Shown: positions 39,492 through 52,579 of the stretch, piece by piece
Layout of the letters: each line of letters opens with the position of its first letter
Numbering within the stretch: position 1 is the first letter of the stretch
From: Callorhinchus milii
Lineage: Eukaryota
Assembly (NCBI RefSeq): GCF_018977255.1
Contig: NW_024704743.1
Coordinates: 1,116,001-1,180,000, forward strand
Direction of reading: 5' to 3'
Length of the DNA stretch: 64,000 nt
The notes under the pieces: generated by a model
The model's database searches: none
The model's input: the letters and a program-made list of their open reading frames with translations, nothing else
What the model was told of the DNA's origin: nothing
Translations under genes and position numbers: made by a program

Positions 39492-42400
39492 TACACGTGT
39501 ATAGCGCCTTTCACGTCAGGAGGACATCCCAAGGCGCTGGACAGAGTACAGCACTTCAGACCCCAGCTGGGGTGGGAGAGGAAGGGAGGGGGAGGGGGAT
39601 GGCCGATGGCATGGTTGAAGAGGAGGGTCCTGAGGCAGGGCCTGAAGGAGGCTAAGGACCCGACCACCAATGGTGGAGCGGTGGGACGAACAGGAGGCCG
39701 GAGGGAGTCGAGCAGAGGCAGCGGCTGGGGGAGTGGGGAGAAGTAGCTCAGGGGTGGAACAAGCGAAGGTTAAGTGGAGTTTGATGGTTGAGTTTGGAAC
39801 AGAAGCTGTTTGTAAATGGAAAGTCACCTCATGTGCATTACATTACAGGGAGATTGCAACATGATCTGTGTCCTCTCAGTTGCGTGATCTCTCTTCGACC
39901 GGGTCAAGCTCTTTGAACTGTGCTCCGCGCTGCGAGTTAGATATTAATAATACCGGTTACGTTTGACGCGGGGCCTTTCATCTCAGGAGAAAGGTTATCA
40001 CGGGTCAGTGAGTTTCTGTGTCACGGACTCCTGACCCTGGGGAGAGGCGGCGGGGAGGTAAGCAGGATTTCCTTAGTGATGAACAGGCTCCAAGGTGACT
40101 TGCTTAGCAACGGAGGTTCAGAATGGTCTCTAGTCTGGCGAGAACCAAAGGCTTGGGAGACCCCAAAACAGACAAGGCTTGGCGGATGGGGGGGGAGGGG
40201 GGCGTGGGGTGGGAGGGGGGAAACCCCAGAATGTGCGTTGGTAACTGCTGGAGTCTGATCAGCTGCAACCACAGGGTTTGCCATTGAGAGCACTGACTGG
40301 CAAGCTTTCCCGCTGCTTGTCCAGCCTGGACAACCCTACCCTACCCTACCCTACCCTACCCTACCCTACCCGTTAGGGCATTGGTAGCCAACCTTTTCGG
40401 TCAGCCGACCCAATACATTTTTCTCTGTTGAGTTTTTCTTCGTAGAAGATCGGGCCATGTGGCTATCGCTGATCAGCGGCTGCTGGTAACAAGGCGATGA
40501 CTTGCCTGGCCTGGTTCGGCAAAGTTGGCTCTTCAGAGGGGAGCAACTGCACCAATGTGATGTTCAATGCGGAAATTTTAACCAAAACGTTTGCCTACCA
40601 CTGTGTTAGGATTTTGGCTTACAGGGTTATATTTCAACACTCAACTAACTTGAAGCTAAGACACAAGGCGCCCCCTGTAATGCACCGACAGAATGCGCCT
40701 TCTTGTTAATCTCTTACGCAGTAGCCCTGACCCTTACAAGGTGGCGAATTGAGAGACATAAACACAAGTCGTGGGGGGAATGTGGGTGGGGCTGTGGGGG
40801 TGGGAACCCATTATTGATGTTGATTAAACCTCTGACCCCAATAAGGGTTTGTCAATGTAAGTTCTCGGCAAATTAACGAAAACTACAGAAAGCGGATGAG
40901 AAAAAAGGGAGGGGAGGGGACTGGGGGGGGTGGCCGATGGCCTGGTCGAAGAAGAGGGTCTTAAGGCGGGACTTGAAGGAGGCTAAGGAGGGGGCGAGGC
41001 GGAGTGACTGGGGGATGGAATTCCAGAGGTTGGGGGCAAAGTGGCTGAAGGCTCTCCCGCCAATGGTGGGGCGGGTGGGTCGGGGGACGTGGAGCAGCCC
41101 GGAGTCGGATGAGCGGAGGGAGCGGGAGGGTTGGTAGCGGGTTAGGAGGTCGCAGAGGTAGGGTGGGGCGAGGCCACGGAGGGCTTTGTAGGTGAGGACC
41201 AGGATCTTGAACTGGATCCTCTGAAGGATAGGGAGCCAGTGTATAATTTGTATGTAATATATAATATAGAATAATTCGGAACGAGCAAATTCCAAGCACA
41301 AAATTCCAGCCTAGAATTCTTTCCCTCCCTGTGAGACATTGCCCATGAAAAGTCCTCACGTGGGTCTGAGTCTGGAGGTTGTTTCCAGGCCAAATTGAGG
41401 AGCTTAGCCTGAATTTAAGAAACTTCCACCATTCAGCACACTCTTAAATGTTTTGAGGGCTTTGGCAGGCTTAAGACCAGGTGGAATTGACCGAGTATGG
41501 TTTACGGTTGACATTGACGCATCCCGAAGACTTCACAAGTAATTACTGTCCAGTGTAGCGACTGCACCTCCCGTAATCCGTCGCATTAGGTGGGTATTCT
41601 GGAAGGATTACTCATCGCGTTGTTGAGACTTCCCGACGCGCTTCGCAGGATATACAGAATACTATTGCTACTACTCTGAACTGAATTGATTGTAGGTTTT
41701 GTGGGCGAAACACGGCAGCCGATTGCGCACAGCCGCGTCCCCCACAAACAGCCGTGGACTGAGCTATTGATTTTTTTTCGGAGGGATTATTATCCACGGG
41801 AAAAAATCAATCAATCGAAGGAGCAGCCTAGATAATAAAAATAATATTAATAATAATTGCATTTGATACAGCGCCATCATGGTCGGAAGGATGTACTGTA
41901 CAGTGTATTGACTGTGTATTTCGGGACCTCACGAAGCTTTTCGCCCGTTCTAGGTCCTTGTATTCTTTTCAGGTCTTTACATAACTGCCTTGATTTCACC
42001 TCGTTGTTGGACCTCGTGCAGAAATCAGAGCAACTTTAAGCCGTTGCTTGATTGCCACCGGGTGGCTGCCATCTGGAACTACGGCAGCAATTATACAGTG
42101 AGTTTTGTGACAATAACCCTTACGTGCAATCAAAGCATCTAATCACATCGTCAAGACGTTTCCAGCCCAGAGACCTGAGAACTACAGACAGTCCTCCGAG
42201 TAGCCCCCAACCATAGGACCTGTTGCTCACCCCCTCCAAAGAATATTCCCACTTGCCGCCCAGAGTGAAGGGTCATAGGTGATTGGCGATTTATTGCTGC
42301 TTGATCGCAGAATAAAACGGCACCTGCCATTTCCTCCTTACACAGAGTAATCACAGACGGCCCGACAAGCTCCGGTCGATAAAAATAGCCGCGTGTTTGT

Positions 42401-42967
42401 CCTGAGACTCGGACCCGCTCTCTCTCTCTCTCTCTCTCTTTCTCCTCCTTACGAGCACTCTGTTCATTGTGTGTGTGTGTGTGTGTGTGCGTGTGTGTCG
42501 GCTGAATGCAACACAAGGTCCTGAGGTCCATTCAACCTCGTTCTCGTGGTAAGAATCCCCTGCTTCTCAATCATCCCATTGTGGCGTCCAGCTGCTTCTT
42601 AAATGAGCCCAGTGTCCTGGCTATAACCCCCATTCCCCTTCCTGGTCACCCGCTTCGGCTGTTGATTTCCTTCTGTGGCAAATACTGCCACAACAATGGT
42701 GTGTGTTGTGTCGTGCACATCCAACACGCGTCTGGTCCCCGCAGTCACCACGCCGGTAGCCTTGCTAAAGTGTAAAGCATTGTGTTTTTATTTGAATACA
42801 GTAGAGGACCCACTTCCTACGAGGAAGGCCCACCACGACAAAGCAAGAGCTCGCACTCGATCCAGCTCCTTTCACGTGGGATGGACATCTTGAAGCGGCT
42901 CGCAGGGTGCTGGGATCAGGAAGCAGGGAGGAAAGGAAGGGGATTTTAAGGGTGTTGTGTTATGATT

Positions 42968-42998
<31 letters not shown>

Positions 42999-45695
42999 AA
43001 ATAATCCTTGGATTTGAGGCAGCGCCTTATCGCGTCGTCGAGACGTCCTCAAAGCGCTTCACAGGATGAGTCAGATTTTGCGGGCGAAAACGCGGCAGCC
43101 AATTGCGCACAGCAGTGTCCCCACAAACAGCCCTGGATTGAGCGACCAAATTATTATAATTTTTTTGTTGAAGGCTTTATTACTCCCAGAAAGCGATCCG
43201 CCGATCGCTTAGCAACTGTTTACTGTTAGGTAAACAGAGTAAGGAAACTTGCCCAAGGCTTCGCCCTGCCCCCCCGGGAAACCAAACCCAGGTCGTCTCA
43301 TTTTGCGAGGCGCGTGCTCTAACCACTTGTGCTACAGGACTCCGCAGTGTTGACTCAGAGAACGGTCAAACCGGGAACTGAGTGAGGGCTGTGAGCTGGG
43401 AGAGCTTCGCTGAGCGAAGGGGGCTTGTGGGTTGACACGTTTGGTGATAAACTTCCCAGTTCTCTTTTCAAACAGCGCCGTAGGATCTTTAACACCCTCC
43501 CGAACAGGCAAGACTGGACCCCGATTTAACGTCTCATTCAAAGGACGGCACTGCGTGTGTACGTGTGTCTCTCTCTCTCTCTCTCTCTCTCGCTCTCTTG
43601 TCTCTCAACGACATGATAAGGCGCTATAACGTTTCACCTGAAAAGACTGTTGGAATATCGAAAGCAATATAAGCAAGCAACACGTACAATAAAATGGCAT
43701 TCACTGACTTGCACTGAACTGCAGTAACATGCCTTGACCTGGAGTTCACTCTGTTATAATAATCATTACCATACAATACAATACAATACAATACAAATGT
43801 CCATTTATACAGCACCTTTCAGGTCGGGAGGATGTCCCAAGGCACTTCACAACAATGGTTTAGCACCTGAACTGGGGGTTTGGTGGGGGTGGGTAGGATG
43901 TGGGACACGAAGCAGGCCATTGCCCGTTGAGCGAAGGGAGCAGCCGGGTTTGATACTCCACCTTTCACGTCACGTCTCAAAGCGCATCACGAGATTTCAC
44001 TGTAACGTGGCTGCGTGTTTTGTGGGAAATCATGACAGCCAATTTGAGGACATTTTTGCGTGTGTGGGTGGTGGGTGGGGGCGGGGGGGGGGTTTGGGGG
44101 GTGGAGAGGACCTTGGTTTAATGTCTCATGTGAAGGACGGCACCTCCGACAATGCAGGTCACCCCCAGCACTGTACCGGAGGGTCATCTTAGACCGTGTG
44201 GGCTTGAAGCTCCGATGTGGGGCTCGAACCTCTGACTCAGTGGTGACTAAGAGTCAGGGTGCTTGCGGCAGTCTGTGGCAACGGAGACTTCCTCATAGTG
44301 AGTCCAAAACCCTGAGCCTGATGCAAAACAGACTCTTAAAAAAAAACCAAGAAAAAAAACCAAAAGCCAAGAAAAATTCTCCAACTGCTGCAGATTGAGG
44401 ACCGAACGGTGCCCTCTAAGCATTTGCAGCAGCAGCATTTGCACAGGGCATAAAACACTGGTCAGATTGGGGTGAGAGGAGCGAGTTGTGAACCGTGATC
44501 TGTCAAGCCAGAAGCTCTTCCATCGTGAAAAGGGGCATTGGCGGAGTCCCTGCGGCTCAGCGGTTAGAGCGCTCGCCTCGCAAGCGAGAGGACCCGGCTT
44601 CGATTCCCGGGCAGGTCAAAATGGAGGATTGGCGGATGGCTTTTCGGGGGTAATAACCCTTCAGGAAAAAAAGATAACAAATCGGTCACTCAATCCACGA
44701 CTGCGCGCAAGTGCGCGACTGCCGGGTCTCGCCCACAAAACAGACAGTCACTTCGCTTGACAGTATATCCGGTGAAGCGCTTTGAAACGTCTCACAGACA
44801 CGATAAGGCGCTGTGTCAAATGCAAAGGATTGTTGTTATTGTCATTATTATCCCAGAGGGGACCTTATAGCGGTGTAGAAAACGTTAAATTGCATTGAAA
44901 AAGAATCACAGAACAATACTTTATAATAATAATAATAATAATCCTTGCATTTGATACAGCGCCTTCTCACCTCGTCAAGACGTCTCAAAGCGGTTGGTGA
45001 ATAGCCTGAGTATTTTGTGGGCGAAACACTTGAGACGGCAGAATAGGAGGAGAGCATGGATTTAGAGTTGCAAAGTGCAGTTACAGGACAGACATCAGGA
45101 AGTTTTCAAGTTGTGGTGGTGGTGGTGGTGGTGGTGGTTGTTGTTGTTGTTTTCCTTTACACAGAGGGTAATTAACGACCGGCACAGGTTGCCAGGGACG
45201 GGGGTGGTTGAGGCCAGGAGACTGGGACTCGTTTACAAATAAATCGCTCGATGCAGTGATGGAAAGACAGAAGAGTGCGCATTTTTTTTTATCTGAACCA
45301 ATCTTGGATTTCTATGTGTCCCACAGTCGGACGTGGTTTGAGTGACCAATGTTATTTTCCATTCTGGTTTTTGTTTTGGAGGGAGCATTACCCCTGGAAA
45401 AGCCATCTCCGCCAATCCACTAACAACTTACCGCTAGATATACAGAGCCCGTGCGGAAACGTAACCTGACGTTCCGCCCCCCCCACCCGCCCGGGAATCG
45501 AACGCGGGTCCTCTCGCTTGCGAGGCGAGCGCAACTTAACCGCTGCACTAACAGGACTCGGAAACAAATCAGAGACGTAGCGGGAGGAGGAGGCTCTTTC
45601 GCCCATCGGGGTGGTTTGGGTATTTTGGAGGAATTGGGAGCTGGCGATAATACTGAATTAGTTTCCAATACCGTGTCCCCAATGGCTCTCCCGTC

Positions 45696-46811
45696 CTAAA
45701 CCACAGTCATCTCCACTTCAGAGTACAAGCCATAGTGCTGCTTGCTGGTTTCACTGCGTTCGGCTGCAGGTGCTGTGACCCCGACTTCTGCCTTGCACCC
45801 GCTCGCCCGCGACACCTTCATCAAGAAGTTCTTCAGGTGCCTCCTGAATCTCTCGTTCACGAAGGCGTAGAGGAGCGGATTGATGCAGCAGTGGGTGAAG
45901 GCCATGGACTCGGTCACTTGCATGGCGTAGTCCAGCCGCTTGCTGAACCGGCAGCCGGTGATCAGGCCCAGATCCTCCAGAGAGTGAAGGAGAAGCACGA
46001 TGTTGTAGGGGAACCACAGGACAAAGAAGATGATGACCAGGGCCACCACCAGCTTGAGGGCCTTGTCCTTCCTGAAGGACCTGGACCTGAGCAGGACCTG
46101 GGTGATGCGGGTGTGGAAGAAGATCATGGCGAGGAACGGGATGACGAACGCTATGACGTTGACCTGCAGCTTGACGGTGGTCTTCGAGATCAACTGCGGC
46201 TGGTCCCCGTAGTGCTCGAGGCAGGTCCAGCGTCCGTCCACCTTCTGCGACTCGCTGTAGAAGAGCTCGGGGCCCGAGAGGACGGCGGAGAACAGCCAGA
46301 CGGCGGCGCTCACGACTACGCTCTTCGGCACCGTGCTGAGGTTCTTCAGCGAGACGGTGTGGACGATCTGCAGGTACATGCCGAAGCTCATGCAGGTGAT
46401 GAAGAAGATGCTGCTGTAGAAGTTCACGCTGTACAGGGCGCTGACCACCTTGCACATGGGGCTCCCGAACACCCACTCGTGAGCCACGTACACAGCCCAG
46501 AAGGGGAGGGAGGCCGCAAACAGGAAGTCGGAGATGGCCAGGTTCAGTAGGTAGACGTCCGTCATGGTGGTGAGTTTGATGTACTTGATCAGCACCAGCC
46601 CCAGGAGGCTGTTCCCCAATGCCCCAAAGGTAAACACCAGGACGTAGAGCACGGGAAGGAAGACCTTCCCGAAGGCCCTCACCTCGTCCTTTGCGCACAC
46701 CAGGTAGGGAGAGAAGTCGTAGTCCGTGTAGTTGTAATCCTCCTCGGGGAAGGCTGAGCCGTTGAGCGGGCTGGCGGGAGGGCCGCCCAGAACCAGGCCG
46801 GTGTCTGCCAT
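45696..46811 (-). CDS. ACKR2: Atypical chemokine receptor 2 (D6-like), 371 aa, single coding exon
   Basis: Seven-TM chemokine-receptor motifs CAKDEVRAFGKVFLP, TDVYLLNLAISD, WFPYN and HCCINPLLYAF. DRYLAIV is replaced by GMYLQIV. Acceptor ccctctctcag at 46830 and ATG at 46811. Lies next to CYP8B1, as in human. Confidence 0.82.
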   Translation of the reverse strand: MADTGLVLGGPPASPLNGSAFPEEDYNYTDYDFSPYLVCAKDEVRAFGKVFLPVLYVLVFTFGALGNSLLGLVLIKYIKLTTMTDVYLLNLAISDFLFAASLPFWAVYVAHEWVFGSPMCKVVSALYSVNFYSSIFFITCMSFGMYLQIVHTVSLKNLSTVPKSVVVSAAVWLFSAVLSGPELFYSESQKVDGRWTCLEHYGDQPQLISKTTVKLQVNVIAFVIPFLAMIFFHTRITQVLLRSRSFRKDKALKLVVALVIIFFVLWFPYNIVLLLHSLEDLGLITGCRFSKRLDYAMQVTESMAFTHCCINPLLYAFVNERFRRHLKNFLMKVSRASGCKAEVGVTAPAAERSETSKQHYGLYSEVEMTVV

Positions 46812-48259
46812 CTCCACGCGCGCTGGTCTCTGAGAGAGGGAACGGGAGCGCACGGTTACAAAACAGTGCCAATCCTCGCGTTTGACCCACCGTCCTGCCT
46901 GTAACCCGGGTTTGACCAGCTTAAAAATATATGGCGTCCCTGTAGCTCAGTGGTTGGAGCTCTGTAATTACCGAGCAGTCATTAGGAACCCGGCTGTTAG
47001 TCGATTGGCGACTGTCTGCGGGGACGCTGCTGTGCGCAATTGGCTGGCGCGGTTCGCCCACAAAATATACAGTCGCTTCACTTTATAGTGCATTCCGTGA
47101 AGCGCTTCGAGACATCTGGAAGATGTGATAAGACGCTATATCAAACGTAAGGATTATTATTATTATTATTATTATTATATGTATGTGCCGTTTGCCCACA
47201 AAATGTACAGTCAATCCGTCTTACAGTGTATTCTGTGAAGCGCTTTGAGGCGTCTCAACCGCACGATACGGCGCTGTATCAAACGCGAGGTCTGGAGTTG
47301 CAAAGGATAACTTTTTGAGGGTGGAAGCTTTTCAGTTATCAACGACTGGAGCAGGGAGGGGCGCCAGGAAAGGTGGTCGAGACCAGGACACTGGGACTCA
47401 TTTAACCAGCAGGTACACGCCGTGATCGGAGGGGTGGGGGTGGGCGGGAGGGGGGGGGGGGGCGGAGGGTGGGACAGCAAGGAGGTGGGTGTTTTGGAGG
47501 TGATGAGATCAGAGGAACCGAAGGGCCTTCTTGTGATCTTGTGGTCGACTCGATTGTGTCGTTCTTTCGCCAAGCAAGTCACCTCGGAGGAGACCCCACT
47601 TACCTCCCCCCTCTCCCCACCACCCCTCCCTTTACCCCCCCTCCCCCCCACCCCCCCTCCCCACCCTCTCTCCTTCCGAAGGAGGAAGCACAGTCAGGGG
47701 AAGGAAACCACAAGTGAATGGCCTGCTCTGCCTTCGAGGTCACACGTTGAGCAGCTGTTCTTCGCTGCGCTAATTTGTGAGCGTTGGGAGGAAAGGTCAC
47801 AATAGTAACGGTGGTCGGAGGAAACGGAACAATCGACTCGGGTTGTGCGAACCTCCGAAGCAAACAGCTCACTTGCACCTGTAGGTGTGAAAGGCCCTGT
47901 TTGTTCTCTCTGCTCATTCGGAACCACCGCAGATGTGGTCGACTTGTTGTCTTGGCTTCACTGGCTCAGTGAACGGCGAGACAACACGGCCAATGGCCTT
48001 CCCCTGCGTTCCCTTAATAATAACAGCCGAGTCTTGTGCTCACAGCCTTCGGGCTCACACTGTGGGGTGCGGGTGCGGGTGCGGGTGGGTGTGTGGGGGT
48101 GGAGGGGTAACACATGTTAAAGCGTCAAAGCCTCGGTGACAATAAAACAGAACGTCGTTTCTCCCGGCCACCGTTTCCGCACAGCAGATCCCCTTACCTT
48201 AAGTCTCCCCTGCGATAATCTCTCCTCTTTAGTTCCAGTCAGTTAGCAAAATGTTTTTC

Positions 48260-48290
<31 letters not shown>

Positions 48291-50242
48291 TTCTCCCTCT
48301 CCCTCTCTCTCTCTCTCTCTCTTCGCCAAGGTGGAAAAAAATACTAAATAATTGGCCGTCTCCATTGGATATTGGGACTTACTTGAAAGTTGGAAAAACC
48401 TTATTCGTTCTGCGTTCCAGGTTCCCACCAACAATTTATTTGGCCAGGAGAATCTGCGTTTTATTTTACTGTCACAGGAGCTTCGAACACTTTAACATGC
48501 GCTACCCCCGCCTGCCCCCCCCCCCCACCACCACCCCACCCCCACACACCCACACACCCCCGAAGGCTGTGAGCACAAAATTCAGACGGGCGGCTTGACA
48601 ACTTTCTGACCCAGAGGTGAGAGCACGACAACCTGAGGCAAACAGTGAAGGACTGTGCGAATAATAATAATAATAATAATAATAATCATAATATAATCAT
48701 CCTCGTTGACACGTCTCAAAGCGCTTCACGGAATTATATAGTGAAGTGAAGTGACTGTGTAAGGACTGAGTAATTGACCTGTATTGAATGCAGTATATTG
48801 CTGTGTGACCAGAATCTTTGCTTTCATTGTGGAAGAAGACAAATACGTGGTGGGGAAAGGGGTGGAGTACTTGCCTCGTGCCTCGCAAAGTAGTTGCGTT
48901 GACCAACGCTTGAATTTCAAAGAATGGGGATTCCTCAAAAAAAGGAAATGTCGCCCACAAAGAAAGCTAAAAATACAAGGAACTACATCTGCATTGTCAG
49001 CTGTACAGCGCCTGGACACTATCCTGTGCGAAGGTCACTTTCTAATAATAATAATAATAATAATAACGTACAAATGCAAGTTGTTGTGAACGCTGTAGCG
49101 CGGGAGGACAGAGAAAGGAATGGAACAGGAGGAGGCCATTCAGCTCCTCAAGCCTGTTCCACCATTCTATTAGATCACGGCTGATCTGCGCCTCAAATGC
49201 GGTCCAACTGTGGCAGCCGATTGCGCACATCAGTGTCCCACAAACAGTCTTGGATTGAGTGACCAAATTATTATTTTTTTTTTGAAGGGGTTATTACCCC
49301 TGGAAGACCGCGATCTGCCGGTTGGTTGATGAACAACCCGGTTCCTACCTACTGCCGGCGTGCGGAGCACGGAAAATTCACTGAGGTTTCGCCCCGCACG
49401 GAAACCGAACCCAGATCCTCTCGCTTGCGAGGTGAGCGCTCTAACCAATGCACTGCAGGATTCTCAAGGGCTTTTCAACCGGGCTTTGAGAAGACCCATG
49501 AGAGAAATGGCATCCCTTTTCGTTTGTTGACAGAGCGTGAGTTTTAAAAGACCCTGGTCTCAGTGCGAGGCATGTCCCACGTGCGCCAGAGCCTACCGGG
49601 TCTTATCTTAAGAACGCACAAGGTAGGGGAGAGCAGAGCTCGAATTATTGCTTATCTTCGTGCGTCCATAAAGATTTGGTGCACTGCAGTGTCAGTGGAA
49701 ACGTTTGCGGGACAACGCTGTTTGCCTCGGCCCTCAAATATACATACAGTCACTGAACTTTACATGTAAATCCTGTGGGGCGCTTTGAGACGTTTTGGTA
49801 AGTGCTAATGTGATAAGACGCTGTAAGGATTATTAACACAACAACAAAATTACATTTGTACAGCGCCTTTCATGTCGGGAGGACGTCCCAAGGCGCTGGG
49901 CAATCAGTGTTTCGGACCTGAGCTTGGGGTCGGGATCGGGGAGAGTGGAGGGCATGGGGGGGGGTGGGAAAAGGAGGGTGGACAGGAGGATCTTGAAGGA
50001 GGCAAGGGAGGGGGTGAGGTGGAGGGACTGCGGGATGGAGCTCCAGAGGTTAGGGGCGGGGGTGAGCGAGGCGAGGGATGTCAAGCAGCTAGAGCCCGTT
50101 GAGCGAAGGGAGGGCGGAGGTTGGTAGGGGGTTAGGAGGTCACAGAGGTGGTGGGGAGCGAGGCCATGGAGGGCTTTGGAGGTGAGGACCAGGATCTTGA
50201 ACTGTATCCTCTGTGTGATGGGAAGCCAGTGGAGTCGGTTGA

Positions 50243-50278
<36 letters not shown>

Positions 50279-50649
50279 CCTTGCATTTGATACAGCGCTT
50301 TTCACATCTTCGAGACGTCTCAAAGCGCTTCACAGGATTCACTGTAAAGCGAATCGACGGTATATTTTGTGGGCGAAACGCGGCGGCCGACTGGGCACAG
50401 CAGCGTCCCCACAAACAGCCGTGGATTGAGCGACCGAGTTATTATTGTTCTGTAGGAATTATTACTCCCCGGAGAAGCGATCCGACAATCGACAGGGCTC
50501 TAACCACCAAGATAAGTAGATAACACCACACTGCACGCGCTAACAACGTCAGTCCTGCCCGGCTCGGCCGATCTTCCCGGATGTTCCCGAGCGCGTGCGC
50601 GTAACTGACGGTGCGGAGAGTTAAAGGGACTTTGACTGCTTCTGACTTC

Positions 50650-50940
50650 TTACCCTCAGGTCGACGCTGCCCGGACACGGCGGCTGTGTCGTTTTGCCCG
50701 TCGGGTTTGGTACCTCACGGCGGTGCTGCGTCGCTGCTACGCGGTGGGTGAGTGCTCTGTGGGACGTTACCCACGCAAAGGAGTGTCGGTGTAATCTACT
50801 GTTGTCAATAGAATTTAAACACAAATTGTTATCGGGCTGTGCTCTGCCGCAGCTCTTCTGAGAAGCTGTCGGCAGCGCGAGCCCTTTATATCGCATACAC
50901 TTCCTTTCGGCGCCGCACAATGACAACAAATGACTTCCTT
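50650..50940 (-). promoter_or_regulatory. Candidate ACKR2 promoter / non-coding exon
   Basis: TATAAA at 50885-50890 (minus), two ETS-type AGGAAGT motifs (50899, 50933), CpG-rich sequence and several possible GT donors downstream. Confidence 0.45.
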
Positions 50941-51586
50941 AGTTACAAGGCTTCCTCCCCGCGGCTCAGATACTTGGAGGAGTGGGGTGGGGTGGGGTTG
51001 GGGGGGTTGGCGAGGGTTGGGGTGGGGGGGGTGTGTGGGTGGGGGGGAGGAGATAGGCCGGCGTGTAAGTGATTAGCAGATGCCTACGCACCCATTCTGT
51101 TCCACGTGAAGTCCTGGAGCTCAGTGGTTAGAGAGCTCGCCTCGCAAGCGAGAGTTTGGGTTCGATTCCCGGGGCAGGTCGGTCGGGGGGGGGGGGCGAA
51201 ACCTTACGTAAGTTTCCTTACTCCACACACGCGCCGCTGTTTGCCCAACGGTAAGTAGGAACCCGGTTGCTAGTCGATTATCGGGTCGCTTTCCCGGTGG
51301 GGGGGGGTAACGATTCCTTCAAAAATAATAATAATAATTTGTTCGCTGAATCCCACGACTGTTTGTGAGACACTGCTGCGCGCAATCGACTGCTGCATTT
51401 GCCCCCAAAATATCCAGTCAATTCGCTTTAACACTACAATACAATAAAATAATCCTCGCATTTGATATAGAGCCTTATCGGGTCTTCGAGACGTCTCAAA
51501 GCCCTTCACAGGATATACTGCCGAGCGAATCGACTGTGCATTTTGTGGGCGAGACAGCAGATTCTCCAAAAAGAAGCAGAGAAAAA

Positions 51587-51914
51587 AATAATAATAATAA
51601 TAATAATCCTTGCATTTGATATAGCGCTTTTCACGTCGGGAGGACGTCCCAAAGCGCTTCACAGAACACACTGTAAAGTGAATTGACTGTATATTTGTGG
51701 GCGAACGCAGCAGCCAATTGCGCACAGCAATGTCCCACAAACAGTCGTAGATTGAAAAATGACCAATTTATTATTGTTTTGTTTTTTTGGAGGATTATTA
51801 TTAGGCTCTGTGTGGAGTAAGGAAACTTGCCCAAGGTTTCGCCCTCTGCCTGGAATTGAACTCAGGTCTCTCGCTTGCAAAGCGAGTGCTCTAACCACTG
51901 AGCTACAGGACTCC
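51587..51914 (-). mobile_element. Young full-length tRNA-Ala-headed SINE
   Basis: Near-identical to 26331-26660. Confidence 0.9.
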
Positions 51915-52201
51915 ACTAATGCTGAAACGCTGTGGATAATGCTGGGGTCTGACTCTCTCTGGTCTCGGTGGCGGTTCCTCGGTCTTGTGCATTTCCTCTG
52001 CCGATTCCTGTTCCGATTCTGTCGTGAGCGAACACTTCCTGGAGACGTGCAAGGATTCGTAAGGAGGAAGCAGCTTTCGAGCAGCTGCGGGGGTTGTGGG
52101 TTTCAGTGGCTTCTGTTCAGTAAAACTCAGCCCCGCGAGATCACAATTGATTTGGGCGGAGAAGGCTCTTCATCCAATCCTTCCAAAACACCGAGCCCTC
52201 C

Positions 52202-52202
<1 letters not shown>

Positions 52203-52242
<40 letters not shown>

Positions 52243-52321
52243 CATCATAATCATAATAATCATAATAATCATAATAATCATAATAATCATAATAATCATA
52301 ATAATCATAATCATAATAATC

Positions 52322-52384
<63 letters not shown>

Positions 52385-52390
52385 TTAATA
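52203..52390. repeat. (AAT/CAT)n microsatellite (expanded SINE tail)
   Basis: Direct inspection. Confidence 0.9.
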
Positions 52391-52524
52391 GCCCTTTGCA
52401 TTTGATATAGCGCCTTAGCACATCTTCGAGTCATCTCAAAGTGCTTTGCGGCTTCGCAGTAAACTTTGTGGCGTTTACCTGAACTGTATGCATTGCTCAA
52501 ACTGTGGTCTGACCAGGACACTCT

Positions 52525-52561
<37 letters not shown>

Positions 52562-52579
52562 GATTACCTTTGCGTAGCG

